This document shows, piece by piece, positions 14,801 through 26,709 of a stretch of DNA of 64,000 nucleotides (positions are counted from its first letter, which is position 1; the number at the start of each line of letters is the position of its first letter). This stretch comes from the human T2T-CHM13v2.0 reference genome, Homo sapiens. Under the pieces are notes generated by a model, which saw nothing but the letters and a program-made list of their open reading frames with translations, made no database searches and was not told where the DNA came from. The translations under genes were made by a program, and so were the position numbers. The stretch is taken from the NCBI RefSeq assembly GCF_009914755.1, contig NC_060937.1; one strand, 5' to 3'.

Positions 14801-15937
14801 TGCTAGAACACATAGGAAAAAGTTTCATGGCATTGGTCTAGGCAGTGAATTCACTTGATACAACACCAAAAGCATAGCCAAGAAAGCAAAAATAGACAAA
14901 TCAGATTACGTTAAACTAAAAAACTTATACAGCAAAGGAAGCAATCAATGGGGTGAAAAAACAATCTATGAAAATCTATGAATTGTGAGAACATATTTGC
15001 AAATTATATATCAAATTGGGGTTAATTTCCAAATGTATAAGAAAACCCTACAACTGAATAGCAAAAAAACTAACAATCCAATTGAAAAATGTGCAAAGGG
15101 ATTAAAAAGACATTTCTCCAAAGACTTACAGATGGCAAACAGTTACACGAAAAGACATCCAATAAGTCACAAATCATCAAGGAAATGAAAAGCAAAACTA
15201 CAGTTAAATATCACTCCACAGCTACTGGAGTGGCTGCTATGAAAAAGACAAAAACAAGTGTTGGTGAAGATTTGGAGAAATCGAAACTCTTGTAAACTGT
15301 TAGTAGGAGTGCAACATGGCACAGCCGCTGTGGATAACAGTATGGAGGTTTCTCAAAAAGTTAAAAATAGAACAACCATATGATTCAGCAATTCTACTTC
15401 AGAATGTATCCAAAGGAATTGAAATCTGTATCTCAAAGAAATATTAGCACTCCCATGTTCATTGCAGTACTATTCACAATAGCCAAGATAAGGATACAAC
15501 CTAAATGTTCACTGAGGAATGAACGGATTAAGAAAATGTGGTATGTACATACCATAAAATATTATTCAGGTTTTCAAAAAAAGGAAAGAAGTCCTGCAAT
15601 ATGTGACAGCATGGAAGAAACTTGAGAATATTATGATAAGTGAAATAAGCCAATCACAAAAAGACACTGCTTGATACCACTTATATTAAGTATCTAAATT
15701 GTCAAACTCACAGAAGTGGAAAGTAGAATGGTGGTCGCCGGGGCAATGGCCACTGGGAAATAGCGAGTTGCTAATCAATTAATATAAAGAACGAGTAATG
15801 CAAGATGAACACCTTCTAGAGATCTGCTGTACAACATTATGCCTCTGTTTAATAATATTGTATTGTACACTTAAAAATCTTTTTAGAGGGTACATCTCAT
15901 GTTGTCTTCTTACCAAAATTAAACAAAAAAAAAAAAA
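11895..15937 (+). mobile_element. L1MA8-like, 5'-inverted (11895-12077 antisense; 12078-12179 and 14456-15937 sense), split by THE1B
   Basis: ORF2 C-terminal remnants (ORF 15380..15625 PMFIAVLFTIAK); 3' end ttctagagatctgctgtacaacatt...gagggtacatctcatgtt followed by poly(A) at 15925-15937. Confidence 0.85.
12180..14455 (+). mobile_element. THE1B-like MaLR provirus: 5' LTR 12180-12543, internal 12544-14096, 3' LTR 14097-14455
   Basis: Both LTRs start tgata(t/c)ggtttg and end gactaat; THE1-int sequence; purine tract ggcaggggccaggggtgaaa before the 3' LTR; TSD gaagt/gatgt. Confidence 0.95.
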
Positions 15938-16527
15938 CTGATGTTCAGTTAAATCAGAATTTCAAATAAACAATGAGCATTTTTAGCATGGGTATATTTC
16001 ATGCAATAAATGGGACATACTTAATCTAAGAAACAATGTTGTTTCTTTGGAATTCACATTTAATTGAGCATCTTGTGCTATATCTTGCAACCCTACCTCC
16101 ATGGACTCTGGTTGTTCTGAAAATGATCAATTTTTGCTCTAAGAGGCAGCTAAGATGGTTGTCAGCAGCTTCCCTGAATCCCTGGGTCTCTGCATCCACA
16201 TTTCCTGACAGCAGTTTTTCTGACCTTCTTTTCTTCAGCTTTTTTAACTGTCCTGTAGCTCTATATGTGTAATAAACTGATAGGCTTATTTATTTTCTAA
16301 AAATTTCAATACTTTCTACTTCTAAACAAAACCCAGATAGATAATAATACTCCTCTGAAATTATAACTATATTCACTATATATACACACATACATAAACT
16401 TATATATGACATAAATTCTTAAACTTAGGTGCTGCTTATGGGTCATTTATTTTTCAAAGTTGACTTTATTTTTATGTTGTTTGTTGCTAAAATACACCAA
16501 AATATCCTTAAATACGGGGTTTGGGGG

Positions 16528-17637
16528 TGATGGCAGTGGCTGCTGCCAACATGCTGGCTGCAGCAGGGAGGCAAGGCTGGGGCTGCACACTCCATAGAGC
16601 CAGTGGGAGCACTACCCCTTCTGAGTTGGGACAGGAGCTCCCTGTGCTTCTGCAGTCACCCACTCAGCAGCTGTAGACCCAGGCCTACGGAGCAAACAGG
16701 AGCCCGGCCTCCTGGGTGGGACTGCAGCAGCCCAAACTGCAGCTGTGGATCCCAGCCTCCCTGTGCTCTTGGGGGAGCCGGAAACAGGCAGGATCTGCCC
16801 TTTCGGGTGCATCCGCAGCCATGGGACCTACAGCTGCAGACCTAGGCCTCCCGTTCCACGAAACAGGCAGGAAGCAGGGACAAGCAGGAGACCTGCCTCT
16901 TCGAGTTGGCAGGGTGGGAGCTCCCAGGTGCAGTTGCAGCTGCCCTCCCAGGTGCAGGACCCAGGCGTCTCTGAAGCCTGCACCATTGTGGGCTCCAGGA
17001 AGGACGCCCCACCATCCTTGCAGCCTCGGTGGTAGCGGCCTGGCCTCTCTCCACTCCCAGCACCTGCTCTGATCTCAGAGTGGGAGTTGAGGCCATGAAT
17101 GGCAGCGGGAGGCAGATTGATCCCTGGGCAGAAAGGGGTGGATCCCCAGTAAGGTCCTACCTTCAGGCCAGGGAGGACCTGAAGACTCGGGGCCTGACTG
17201 CCAGTCCCCCAGACTGGAATGGGGATTCCCGGTGCCTCTTCCGGGTGCCCATGGCCATCCATGGGCCAATCAGCACACACTTCCTCCCCTCTGAGGTCAA
17301 CAAAAGCCCTGGGCTCAGCCAGAGCAGGACAGAGGACGGCCAGAGGACGAGGAGGGCAGAGAGTACCCTCTCTGCTGATAGCTGGAGACAATGGGACGAC
17401 CAGATGCAGACAGGCGTAACCTTTCTGCTGAGAGCTGGAGATCACCTGCTGGCAGAGGGACTACCCACTCCTCTGAGCAGTTCTAACACTATATAAAACT
17501 CTTCTTCACCCTTCACTTGTCTGCATACCTCATTCTTCCTGGATGCAGGACAAGAACTCAGGCAAAGACGCCATGGCCACAGAGATTTCTGGCCAGAAAT
17601 CAGCCAGAAAAATCGATACCCCAGAGATCCCGTAACA
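16528..17637 (+). mobile_element. MER52-family solo LTR (ERV1), GC-rich
   Basis: Starts TGATGGCAGTGGC...ggctgcagcagggagg...ggggctgcacactcc and ends ggccacagagatttctggc...gatcccgtaACA. Confidence 0.85.
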
Positions 17638-18199
17638 GATGGTAGATTAAAATCTTGTGTTCTTTATTGATCCTCCGCTCTGTAGAACAAAATTTTATTT
17701 GTTGATTTAGATAGTTTGCAAGGTCTCATCTTTCCTTTGTTTCTCTGCTTCAGTTCTCCCATTATATTGCGAGTGCTAGATATGAAATCATATTATATAA
17801 ACAAACAATAATAGGACAAAAGGTCTTCACAGCACATAGTTTTATGGTTTTATAGATCTTCTACTAAGAGTTAAACTCCATCATGGAAGAATTCCCAGGA
17901 AATAAATAAACTTGTTAGTTTGATTAAAATGAATGGATCCCAATATCAAATGTAATTATTGGTTGATGTATAAAAAAGGAGATGATCTCTACAAAGCTAA
18001 TGCCTAGTGGAATTACTTTCTTCCTCCAAACGTGACAAGGCTTTTCTTTTAAAAAAAAAATTAAAATAAAACACAATATGTGGCTTGTACATTGCTGTTA
18101 AATCTATATAGGCACAATAATCCAAATACTTGAAGAAACACTTTGTTCAAGCAATTGACAGCTCTGGATATAATCTTTTAAAGTAGTATGTGAGTTATA

Positions 18200-18450
18200 A
18201 TACACATAGTGTAATGCATATGTTTTGGAATCTAACATTATCAGATGCCATTCTGTAATTTCTTGGTTCTATCATTTCATAGCAAAGTGACCTTGAGCAT
18301 TTCTGAACCTCATTTTTTTGTATCTGATCTTTCTCTATAAGATATAAAATACTTCCCATTACTTTTAATGGCAAAAAAGCAATTACTTTTGCACCAACCT
18401 AGTATTATGATAGTATCTATATCTCAATGTTGTTATGAGTTTCAAATCAA
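18200..18450 (+). mobile_element. MIR relic containing a half MADE1
   Basis: gcaaagtgaccttgagcatttctgaacctcatttt...gatagtatctatatctcaatgttgttatgag. Confidence 0.55.
18356..18404. mobile_element. MADE1 (Hsmar1 mariner MITE), one arm only
   Basis: ccattacttttaatggcaaaaaagcaattacttttgcaccaacctagta matches the spacer plus right ITR of MADE1. Confidence 0.85.
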
Positions 18451-18995
18451 ATTATAAATATATTTATGTATAAACATATATGGATATATTTAGTTTCTAA
18501 AGCATAGGGTTGTTTTACTTTTTTTATATAACTGATATTTGCACTAGCAGTTTGACGTATATATTATTACCATTGTCAGTTACTGGTGAGAAAACCTATT
18601 AATCAAACTACAATTTGTACCATAAATGATAACTGATTGATGAAACCTGGCAGTCACACTCAGCATTCATCTTTCTTCAGAAAAGATTGCTTTCTCTTTG
18701 AATGATCTGTTCACTTCACTGGCTCCCACATTAGTCTACATTCAAAAGTTCTTCAAAGTGGTTAAAAAAAAAACCAAGATACCTCCATTGTTGTCTTGAA
18801 ATAAGATAATAATGTTACTAAGAATTAAAGAGAAATTTTCTCTTAATCAGGCTAATCACAATGAAATCAATATGCTATCATTTTTCTGCATTTACCCTTC
18901 TTTATAATCATGTAACATTTTATTAGTAATGTTTCTGTTACATAGTCTGCTGTCATTATCTAACACCCTCTTCGTATTTTTTCTATGTCTTCTAG

Positions 18996-19190
18996 GAAGT
19001 CAGTGATGAAGGAGAAAGAGCACAGGCATGTAAATGAACATAATTTCATACCCCAGCTGTAATAATGATGTGTGATTTCAGGTAAACCACTTGACCTTCC
19101 ATAAGTTCAGTTTTCTTCTTTATAGAATATGGATTCTAACAATAAGTAACTTGAAGGGGTGCATTGGAGGTGAGATGCCCATGCCTTCAC
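18996..19190 (+). mobile_element. MIR relic
   Basis: gaaagagcacaggc...tgtgtgatttcaggtaaaccacttgaccttccataagttcagttttcttctttatagaatatgg. Confidence 0.65.
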
Positions 19191-19590
19191 ATGCCTTATC
19201 AAATTGAGCCCTCCCACAACTCAGGCTTGTCTGCATTTAGATGGTTTCCAATTTTAAAAATTAAATTATACTTTATAGACAATAATCACAAAGGATTGCT
19301 AAGTTCATACAAATATACATTTTCCCCAGACATTGTGCGAATCCTCATGAAAATATATAACATGGCTTATGTAGTAATGTCGAAAAAAATGAGCATAAAG
19401 CTTCCTATAGAAGGAACCACCGATTTACTTCAATGCCTAAGGCAAAGGAACAAGTTAAATGATATCCCAGGTGTGTATTTATCACAATCTACAAGGTAAG
19501 AAATTCTACAGTATGAACAACCAAATTTCTTCAGCAAACATGACAAATAAGCAACAAAAGAACATGACAGAAAAAAAAAAAGATGGAGAG

Positions 19591-19972
19591 TATATTACTG
19601 TGCTAGGGCTGCTATGACAATGTACAATGGACTGGATAGCTTAAACAACAGAAATTTATTTCCTCATAGCTCCAAAGGCTGGAAGTCCAAGATCAAGGTG
19701 CTGACAGGTTTGGTTTCATTCTGAGGCTTCTCTCCTTTGTAGATGGCTGTCTTTTCCCTTTGTCTTCACACAGTCTTCTCTTTGTCTTATCTACTCCTAA
19801 TCTCTTCTCTTTTTAGGACAACAGTTATATTGGATTAGAACTCACCCACATGACCTCATTTTACATTAACTACTTCTGTAAAGGTCTGTCTCCAAATAGA
19901 GTCACATTCTGAGGTACTGCAGATTAGAACTTCAACATATAAATTTTGGTAGAAATAATTCAGTTCACAACA
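19591..19972 (-). mobile_element. MLT1A0-like solo LTR
   Basis: ctagggctgctatgaca...gcttaaacaacagaaatttatt...ggctggaagtccaagatcaaggtg...gtcacattctgaggtactg...caaca. Confidence 0.9.
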
Positions 19973-20299
19973 GGCAGAAACTTATGAATAAAAAGAGACT
20001 TCAGCTACATATTATCCAACCATAATGCATTGACCTAAAATAAATCAATACAAACAAATGCAATAAAGCAAAAAAACACAAAAGGTCAGTAGTTCTCAAA
20101 TCATGGCCCATAGACCTTGGGATTCAACAAGATTGTTTCAGAATATTCATAAGGTCAAAACTACTTTTGCAATAATACGATGATATTTTCCTTTTCTCAC
20201 TGTTCAATATTTGCATTGTTACAATAGCAAAGCTGGTTAAAATACTGGCACCTGAGTATGAATCACAAAACAAGCCAATTTTATGAATAAATTATTGCA

Positions 20300-21035
20300 A
20301 GCTAAATAAATAAAGACTAATAAACATATACCCCACACAGAAGAATTCCAAATAATTACATAGTTACTTTACTTTCAGAGAGGTGAAGCATAACTCCCCA
20401 GCAGTCTGTAAGTGTGGACAGAGCAAGTGTCTTCTTTCTGAAGAGTACAGTATGGAAAGCATTTTAAAAAGATAAATTTGCAGTGGAGAAACCTGACATA
20501 TACTACCTCAGCCAGGTAATCAAGGTCAGTATCAACAGTGATAAATCATGTTGATAGCATGTACCCTTCATATGATGCAATGAAAATGTCACTTTATTGC
20601 CCCAAGACCATAGCACCACTCTAATCATGAGAAAAACATCAGACAAATCCCAAATGACAGACGTTCTTCAAAATACCTAACCAGAACTCTTCAAAAGTAT
20701 CAAGGTCATAAAAAAAAAAAAAAAAAAAAGCCAACCCTGAGATGCTGCCACAGTCAAAAGGAACCCAAAGAGTCACGACTACTAAATGTAATATGGTGTC
20801 CTGAAACAGAAAAGGGACATTAGGTAAGAACTAAGGAAATTTGAATAAATTATGGATCTTAGGTAATGTTAACTTGTCAATATCGATTCATTAATTGTGA
20901 TAAATATACTATATTTATGTAGGATATAAATAGTAGGTAAACTAGGTATGAGGTAAAAAGGAATTATTTGTATTAACGTCACAACTTTTCTGAAAACCTA
21001 AAACTACTCTCAACTAAAAAGTTTATTTAAAAAAT
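20300..21035 (+). mobile_element. L1MC3-like 3' UTR nested in Charlie1a
   Basis: gcagtggagaaacctgac...ctacctcagccaggtaatcaaggtc...taatcatgagaaaaacatcagacaaatcc...aaaagtttatttaaaaa. Confidence 0.8.
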
Positions 21036-21624
21036 ACTTATGCCTAATAAATATTAAACTGATCTGGAAACTAGTTTCACTTAAGAATATTCTTGATAAG
21101 GCAATAAAAATAATTAATTCTATTCAGTCTTGACCCTTGTGTATTTTCAATATAATGTGTGACTAAATGGAAAGGAAGAATAAGACATATATGCCCTCTG
21201 AAGTAAATCTCAAAAAAAAAAATTTCTTATTATTTGAACTGAAGAAAATACTGTCACTCTACAGTTATTTATAATTGGCCAATTGTTACTTTCTTGAAAA
21301 ATAAACAGAGTGAGCTTTTCACATTAAAGCAAACAACTGGACAGTATTTGTTACCAATGAAAACAAGTGCACTTTTGAGAAAAAATTCAAGATTTAAAAT
21401 CTTGCATCACCATTATTAGCATGACTTTACCTCAATACTTAAATACATGCATTAGGAGATCATTGATTAATCCTAAAAATGTGGCTTTTAAATACTATAT
21501 GCTAAAATGTGTTAGTATTTGGATGACCTGCATAATGCAGTAATCAAATCTTTCAAAATGATCATTACTTGATGATGCAAAAGCATGAAACAGCAAAAAA
21601 AAATCTATTCTGTATACAAAACTG

Positions 21625-21981
21625 TGTATTAGTCCTTTTCACACTGCTATAAAGATACTACACAAGACTGGGTAATTTATAAAGGAAAGAGGTTTAACTG
21701 ATGCACAGTTCGCATGGCTGGGGAGGCCTCAAGAAACTTAGAATCATGACAGAAAGGGAAGCAAGCACCTGCTTCACAAGGCGGCAGGAGAAAGAGAGAG
21801 CAGGGGAACCTGCCACTTATAAAACCATCAGCTCTCCTGAGAGTTCACTCAGTATCACCATAACAGCATGGGGGAAACAACCCCCATGATCCAATGACCT
21901 CCCACCGGGTCCCTCCATGGTCACTTGGGGATTACAATTCGAGATGTAATTTGGTTGGGGACACAGAGCCAAACCATATTA
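21625..21981 (-). mobile_element. THE1D-like solo LTR
   Basis: tgtattagtcc...agactgggtaatttataaaggaaagaggtttaa...ggggacacagagccaaaccatat. Confidence 0.9.
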
Positions 21982-24249
21982 GATAGCATAATGCATTTTA
22001 ACATAGAGTCGTTTTTAAAAAGCTCATTGATATAGTTCAGATTTCACAATTCAAATAATCTTTAAGAAATTCTCACTTGTCTCACTTTGGTGTAGTGGCA
22101 AAGAATAATATCCACAATAATCTAAAAATACTATTCAAAATACTTCTTCCTTTTCTAGCTGCATATGTGTGGCAGGCCCAAATGTCTTTACACACTTCTA
22201 CCAAAACAATATATAGCAACATATTGAATACAAAATCAGATATGAGAATGTAACAGTCTTCTATTAAGCAAGATATTGAAGGGATTTTGAAAAATATAAT
22301 GTCACTGTTCTCACATTTAAGGAAGAAATATAGTTATTTTTCATAAAAGGTGGTATTTGTGTTAAAATGGATTTATTTCATTGATATTTTAAATGAATGA
22401 ATAACAAAACTTTCAATTTCTGATAAAATAAGTATTAATAGGTATAACACACATAAGGCAAAAGATGTTTAGGAATTTTAATATTCTTTAAGAGTGTAAA
22501 GCTTTCTTGAAGTCAAATAGTTTAGGAGCTACTGTATTAGGCAATCAGATGTGTGAAAACTGACTGGATCTTTAATATTATTGAGAAATTACTGTTAAAT
22601 ATTTTAGGTGGAATAATTCTATAATGGATTTTAGTTTTTGAATCCCAATCATTTAGGGAAAGATACTTAAATATTCATATAAATTGATTTGTTATCTGGG
22701 ACAAAATAATCTGAAAGAGGGGGTTGAGTTGTGCTGTGGATGGCACATAGATGAAATAAGACTGTTGATAGGTTTCTAAATATTTGATGATGTATACTTG
22801 GGATTTTAATATAATACCTTTCCTACTCTTGCATGATAAAATATTAAATCTTTATTTTAATATCTAAGCAAACTATACCTCTTAGATACTGATTACTTCT
22901 GCTTTTTATTGCCTCATGACTTCTACTTAGGGCATGTGTTAATTTACTTTTTTTCTTCTTGATGTCTAGTATCTAGCACAGTTCCCTACATATACTCAAG
23001 AAGTGCCTGTTGAGTGTGAAATAATGTCTCTTCTCATCTGCATTGCAGTATGTGTCTCCCTCTGCCTCATTGTCCGTTCTTGCATTTCTCATTCATGTCT
23101 TATATTCAGAATCTCAGAGAGAAAATTCTCGATTTGCTAATTGAAACAAGTTAACAGTTTACCTATTGTGAAGAATTTTCATTTGCAACCACATTAGGCA
23201 AAGCAAATTGTCTTCTAGTAAGTTGTCCATGCCTGGCCTAATTAGCTGTGGTCCATAATGGCGTTGTAACTCATATTCCAAAAGTGTCTCAAACATAGAC
23301 TGTTAGATGACAAAGATACGAGTCTTTTAAAAAGATAATCTGTGAAACCTGATGGGACCTTTGCTTTTCATTACAGTATATTGGATTTAAGCCTGGTGTT
23401 TAGAGAAGCAAAGGTGGATGTAAATATCTTCAGGACTCCCACGGAAAACTTTCCAACTCCCAAATCTGCTCATTCAGTTTATTTTCATAAGGCTTTGCCA
23501 CTCAGTAATTAAAGATATGATTTAATGTGTAAATATCCCCAGGATCAGTTAAATAGTAGTTCATATGAAAGAATAAATATCTGATTATTGATTCTTTTCT
23601 GAAAGCAGTTTTGACCAAGGAAAGGAGTGATAAAAAAGGGTATCAGAAAATTTTAAATATGAGAAAAGGAAAAGAGCTTTGAAAGACAAGAGGTACAGGA
23701 ACAAATGTACACTCTGACCCAGAACAAACTTTGCTCCTAAAAATAAAGATGATAGAAATCAATAAATATTACATTCAATGCAATATCTCAGAGAAAGATT
23801 ATCTCTTCGGCATTCCGTTCACTTATCCAGACATAGTTTGCTCTGATAACATTTAGATTTAGTTCTATAAAACACCTTAAGCAAAAAGAAATATTCTGGT
23901 ATCACTGACTATAGGCCCCATCATTCAAAAATCCTATGGAAAAAACTGTATCGTCATTTATCAAGAGCTGTGCTATCTCATAGACTCCATCTTTAGCATT
24001 GTCAACAACAAAGAGTACATCATCTGTCTTCCTTCTTTTTTCCTTTTTCTGCAAAGTTGACTCTGTAACATTTTTGAATGAAAAGAGTTACTTTCTTATT
24101 CCACTATGATGAACACTAAAATAACATTTCTCGGTAGCTCAGACATGAGCATTGGGGAATAGATGTTTTATGAGTTTCTGCTTATAGTTTTTTGTTAGTG
24201 CCTTGGTTTAATGAATATAAATTTAGGATGCATCATGTTGTAATATAAT

Positions 24250-26708
24250 GGTTATGTTCATTTGCTAGGGCTGTTGTAACAAGTCACAGACTAGGTGACT
24301 TCAACACCGGAAATTTATTTTCCCACAGTTCTGGAAGCTAGAAGTCAGATCAAGATTTGGTTTGTGATATGGTTTGGCTCTCACCTTGAATTGTAATATT
24401 TACTTATCTGTGTCATGGGATGATCCTGGTGGGAGGTAATTGAATCATGGGGGTAGGATTTTCCTATGTTGTTCTCATGTTAGTGAGGAAGTCTCTTGAG
24501 ATCTGATGATTTTATAAAAGGGAGCTCCCCTGCACATGCTATCTTGCCTGCCACCATGTAAGACATGACTTGTTCCTCATTTGCCTTCTGCCCTTGTGAG
24601 GCCTCCCCAGCCATGTGGAACTGTGAGTCAATTAAACCTCTTTTCTTTATAAGTTACCCAGTCTTGGGTATTTCTTTATTAGCAGCATGAGAACAGACTA
24701 CTACAATAAATTGGTACTGGTAGAGTGGGGTGCTGCTGTAAAGATACCCAAAAATGTGGAAGTAAGTTTGGAACTGGGTAACAGGTGGAGGTTGGAACAG
24801 GGTTCAGAAGACAGGAAGATGTGGGAAAGTTTGGAACTTCCTAGAGACTTGTTGAATGGTTTTGACCGACATGCTGATAGTGATATGTACCATAAAGCCC
24901 AGGCTGATGTGGTCTCAGATGAAGATGAGGGACTTGTTGAAACTGGAGTAGAGGTCACTCTTGCTGTATAGACACTGGCGGTATTTTGCCCCAGCCCTAG
25001 AGATCTGTGGAACTTTGAACTTGAGAGACATGATTTAATGTATTTGGTCGAAGAAATTATTAAGCAGCAATATGTTGAAGAGGAAGCAAAGCATAAAAGT
25101 TTGGAAAATTTGCAGCCTGATGATTCAGTAGAAAAGAAAACCCAATTTTCTGGGGAGAAATTCAAGCCTGATGCAGAAATTTGCATAAGTAACAAGGATA
25201 CCAATGGGTATCACCAAGACAATGGAGAAAATATCTCCAGAGCATGTCAGAGACCTTTGCGGCAGCCCCTCCCATCACAGGCCTGAAGCCTATGAGGAAA
25301 AAATGGCTTCATTGGCTGGGCCCAGACACCCCTAGCATGTGCAGCCTAGCAACTTGGTGCCCTGCTTCCCAGCTGCTCCAGTCATGGCTAAAAGGGGCCA
25401 AGGTACAGCTCAGGTGGTGGCTCCAGAGGGTGCAAGCCCCAAGCCTTGGCAACTTCCATGTGGTATTGAGCCTGTAGGCTCACAAAAGTCAAGAATTGAG
25501 GTTTCGGAACCTCCACCTACCTATCAGAGGAGGTATGAAAATGCCTAATGTCTAGGCAGAAGTTTGCTGCAAGGGCAGAGCCCTCATGGAGAACCTCTGC
25601 TAGGGCAGTGCAGAAGAGAAATGTGGGGTCAGAGCCTGCACACAGAATACCCACTGGGGCACTGCCTACTGGAGTTGTGAGAAGAGGGTCACTTTCCTCC
25701 ATGCCCTAGAATGGTAGATCCACTGACAGCTTGCACCATGTGCCTGGAAAAGTCACAGACACTCAAGGCCAGCCCATGAAAGCAGTCATGTGGGTAGCTG
25801 TACTCTGCAAAGCCACAAGGGTAGAGGTGCCCGAGGCAGTGGGAGCCCACCTCTTGCATCAGTGTGCCCTGGATGTGAGACACAGGGTCAAAGGAGATCA
25901 TTTTGGAGGTTATGACTTGCCTGCCTCGCTGGATTTTGGATTTGCTTGGGACCTGTAGCCCCTTCATTTTGGCCAATTTCTCCCTGTATTTACCCAATGC
26001 CTGCACCCCCATTGTATCTAGGAAGTAACTAACTTGCTTTTGATTTTACTGGCTCATAGGTAAAAGGAATTAGACTTCTCTCAGATAAGACTTTGGAATG
26101 TGGACTTTTGAGTTAATGCTGAAGTAAGTTAAGGCTTCTAGGGACTGTTGGGAAGGCATGCTTGGTTTTGAAATGTGAAGAGGTTTTTTTCCCCATGTTG
26201 TTCTCATGAGAGTAAGTCTCATGAGATCTGATGGTTTTATAAAGGGGAGTTCTCCTGCATATGTTCTTTTTCCTGCCACCACGTAAGACATGACTTTGTT
26301 CCTCATTCGCTTCTGCCATGATTGTGAGGCTTCTCCAGCCATGTGGAACTGTGAGTCCATTTAACCTCTTTTATACATTACTCAGTTTCAGGTATGTCTT
26401 TTTTAGCAGCATGGGAGCAGACTAATACAGTTTGTTTTCTCCAGAGGCCTCTCTCCTTCACTTGCAGACTGCTGCCTTCTCACAGTGTCCTTAGTGGTCT
26501 TTCCTCTCTGCCTGTATCTTTGGGGTCTCTCTGGGTACCCAAATTTTCTATAAGGACACTGGTAAGGTTGGATTAGAACCCACCATAACTGCTTCATTTT
26601 AAGTCAATGACCTTTTAATGGCCCTGTCTTCAAATATAGACACATTCTTAGGTACTTAGGTTAGGTCTTCATATGAATCTTTGTGGTAACAGAATTGTCT
26701 CCATAAAA
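24250..26708 (-). mobile_element. MLT1A-like solo LTR split by THE1B (24250-24364 and 26430-26708)
   Basis: gctagggctgttgtaacaa...cagttctggaagctagaagtc | gaggcctctctcc...tataaggacac...ttggattag...cacattct. Confidence 0.85.
24365..26429 (+). mobile_element. THE1B-like MaLR provirus: 5' LTR 24365-24705, internal 24706-~26181, 5'-deleted 3' LTR ~26182-26429
   Basis: TGATATGG start, ACTAATACA end, perfect 5-bp TSD GTTTG (24360-24364 / 26430-26434). ORFs 24687..25548 are MaLR-int debris. Confidence 0.95.
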
Positions 26709-26709
26709 G

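Larger units (their letters stand above)
11856..16095. mobile_element. MER53 (palindromic hAT MITE) split in two: 11856-11894 and ~15938-16095
   Basis: Left part gttgctagatttcacaaataaaaatacaagatgc; right part cagttaaatcagaatttcaaataaacaat...gggacatactt...atcttgcaacccta. Together they rebuild the recalled MER53 consensus. Confidence 0.8.
20087..22534 (+). mobile_element. Charlie1a-like hAT DNA transposon, interrupted by L1MC3 and THE1D
   Basis: 5' end CAGtagttctcaaa...aaggtcaaaactact; internal tttcacttaagaatattcttgat, aaacaactggacagtatttgttaccaatga; 3' end agtttaggagctaCTG. Confidence 0.8.
19470..22850 (+). mobile_element. L1ME-type 3' UTR in three pieces (19470-19590, 19973-20086, 22535-22850)
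   Basis: gaaattctacag...tttcttcagcaaa; aaaagagacttcag; aactgactggat...gaaattactgttaa...atagatgaaataagac. Confidence 0.55.

Noticed and set aside
16603-17496. Overlapping ORFs up to 205 aa
   Set aside because: All lie inside the GC-rich MER52 LTR, with no recognisable domain; explained by low stop-codon frequency.
24687-26012. Cluster of ORFs of 61-167 aa
   Set aside because: Broken THE1/MaLR internal-region frames, also seen in the provirus at 12.5-14.1 kb.
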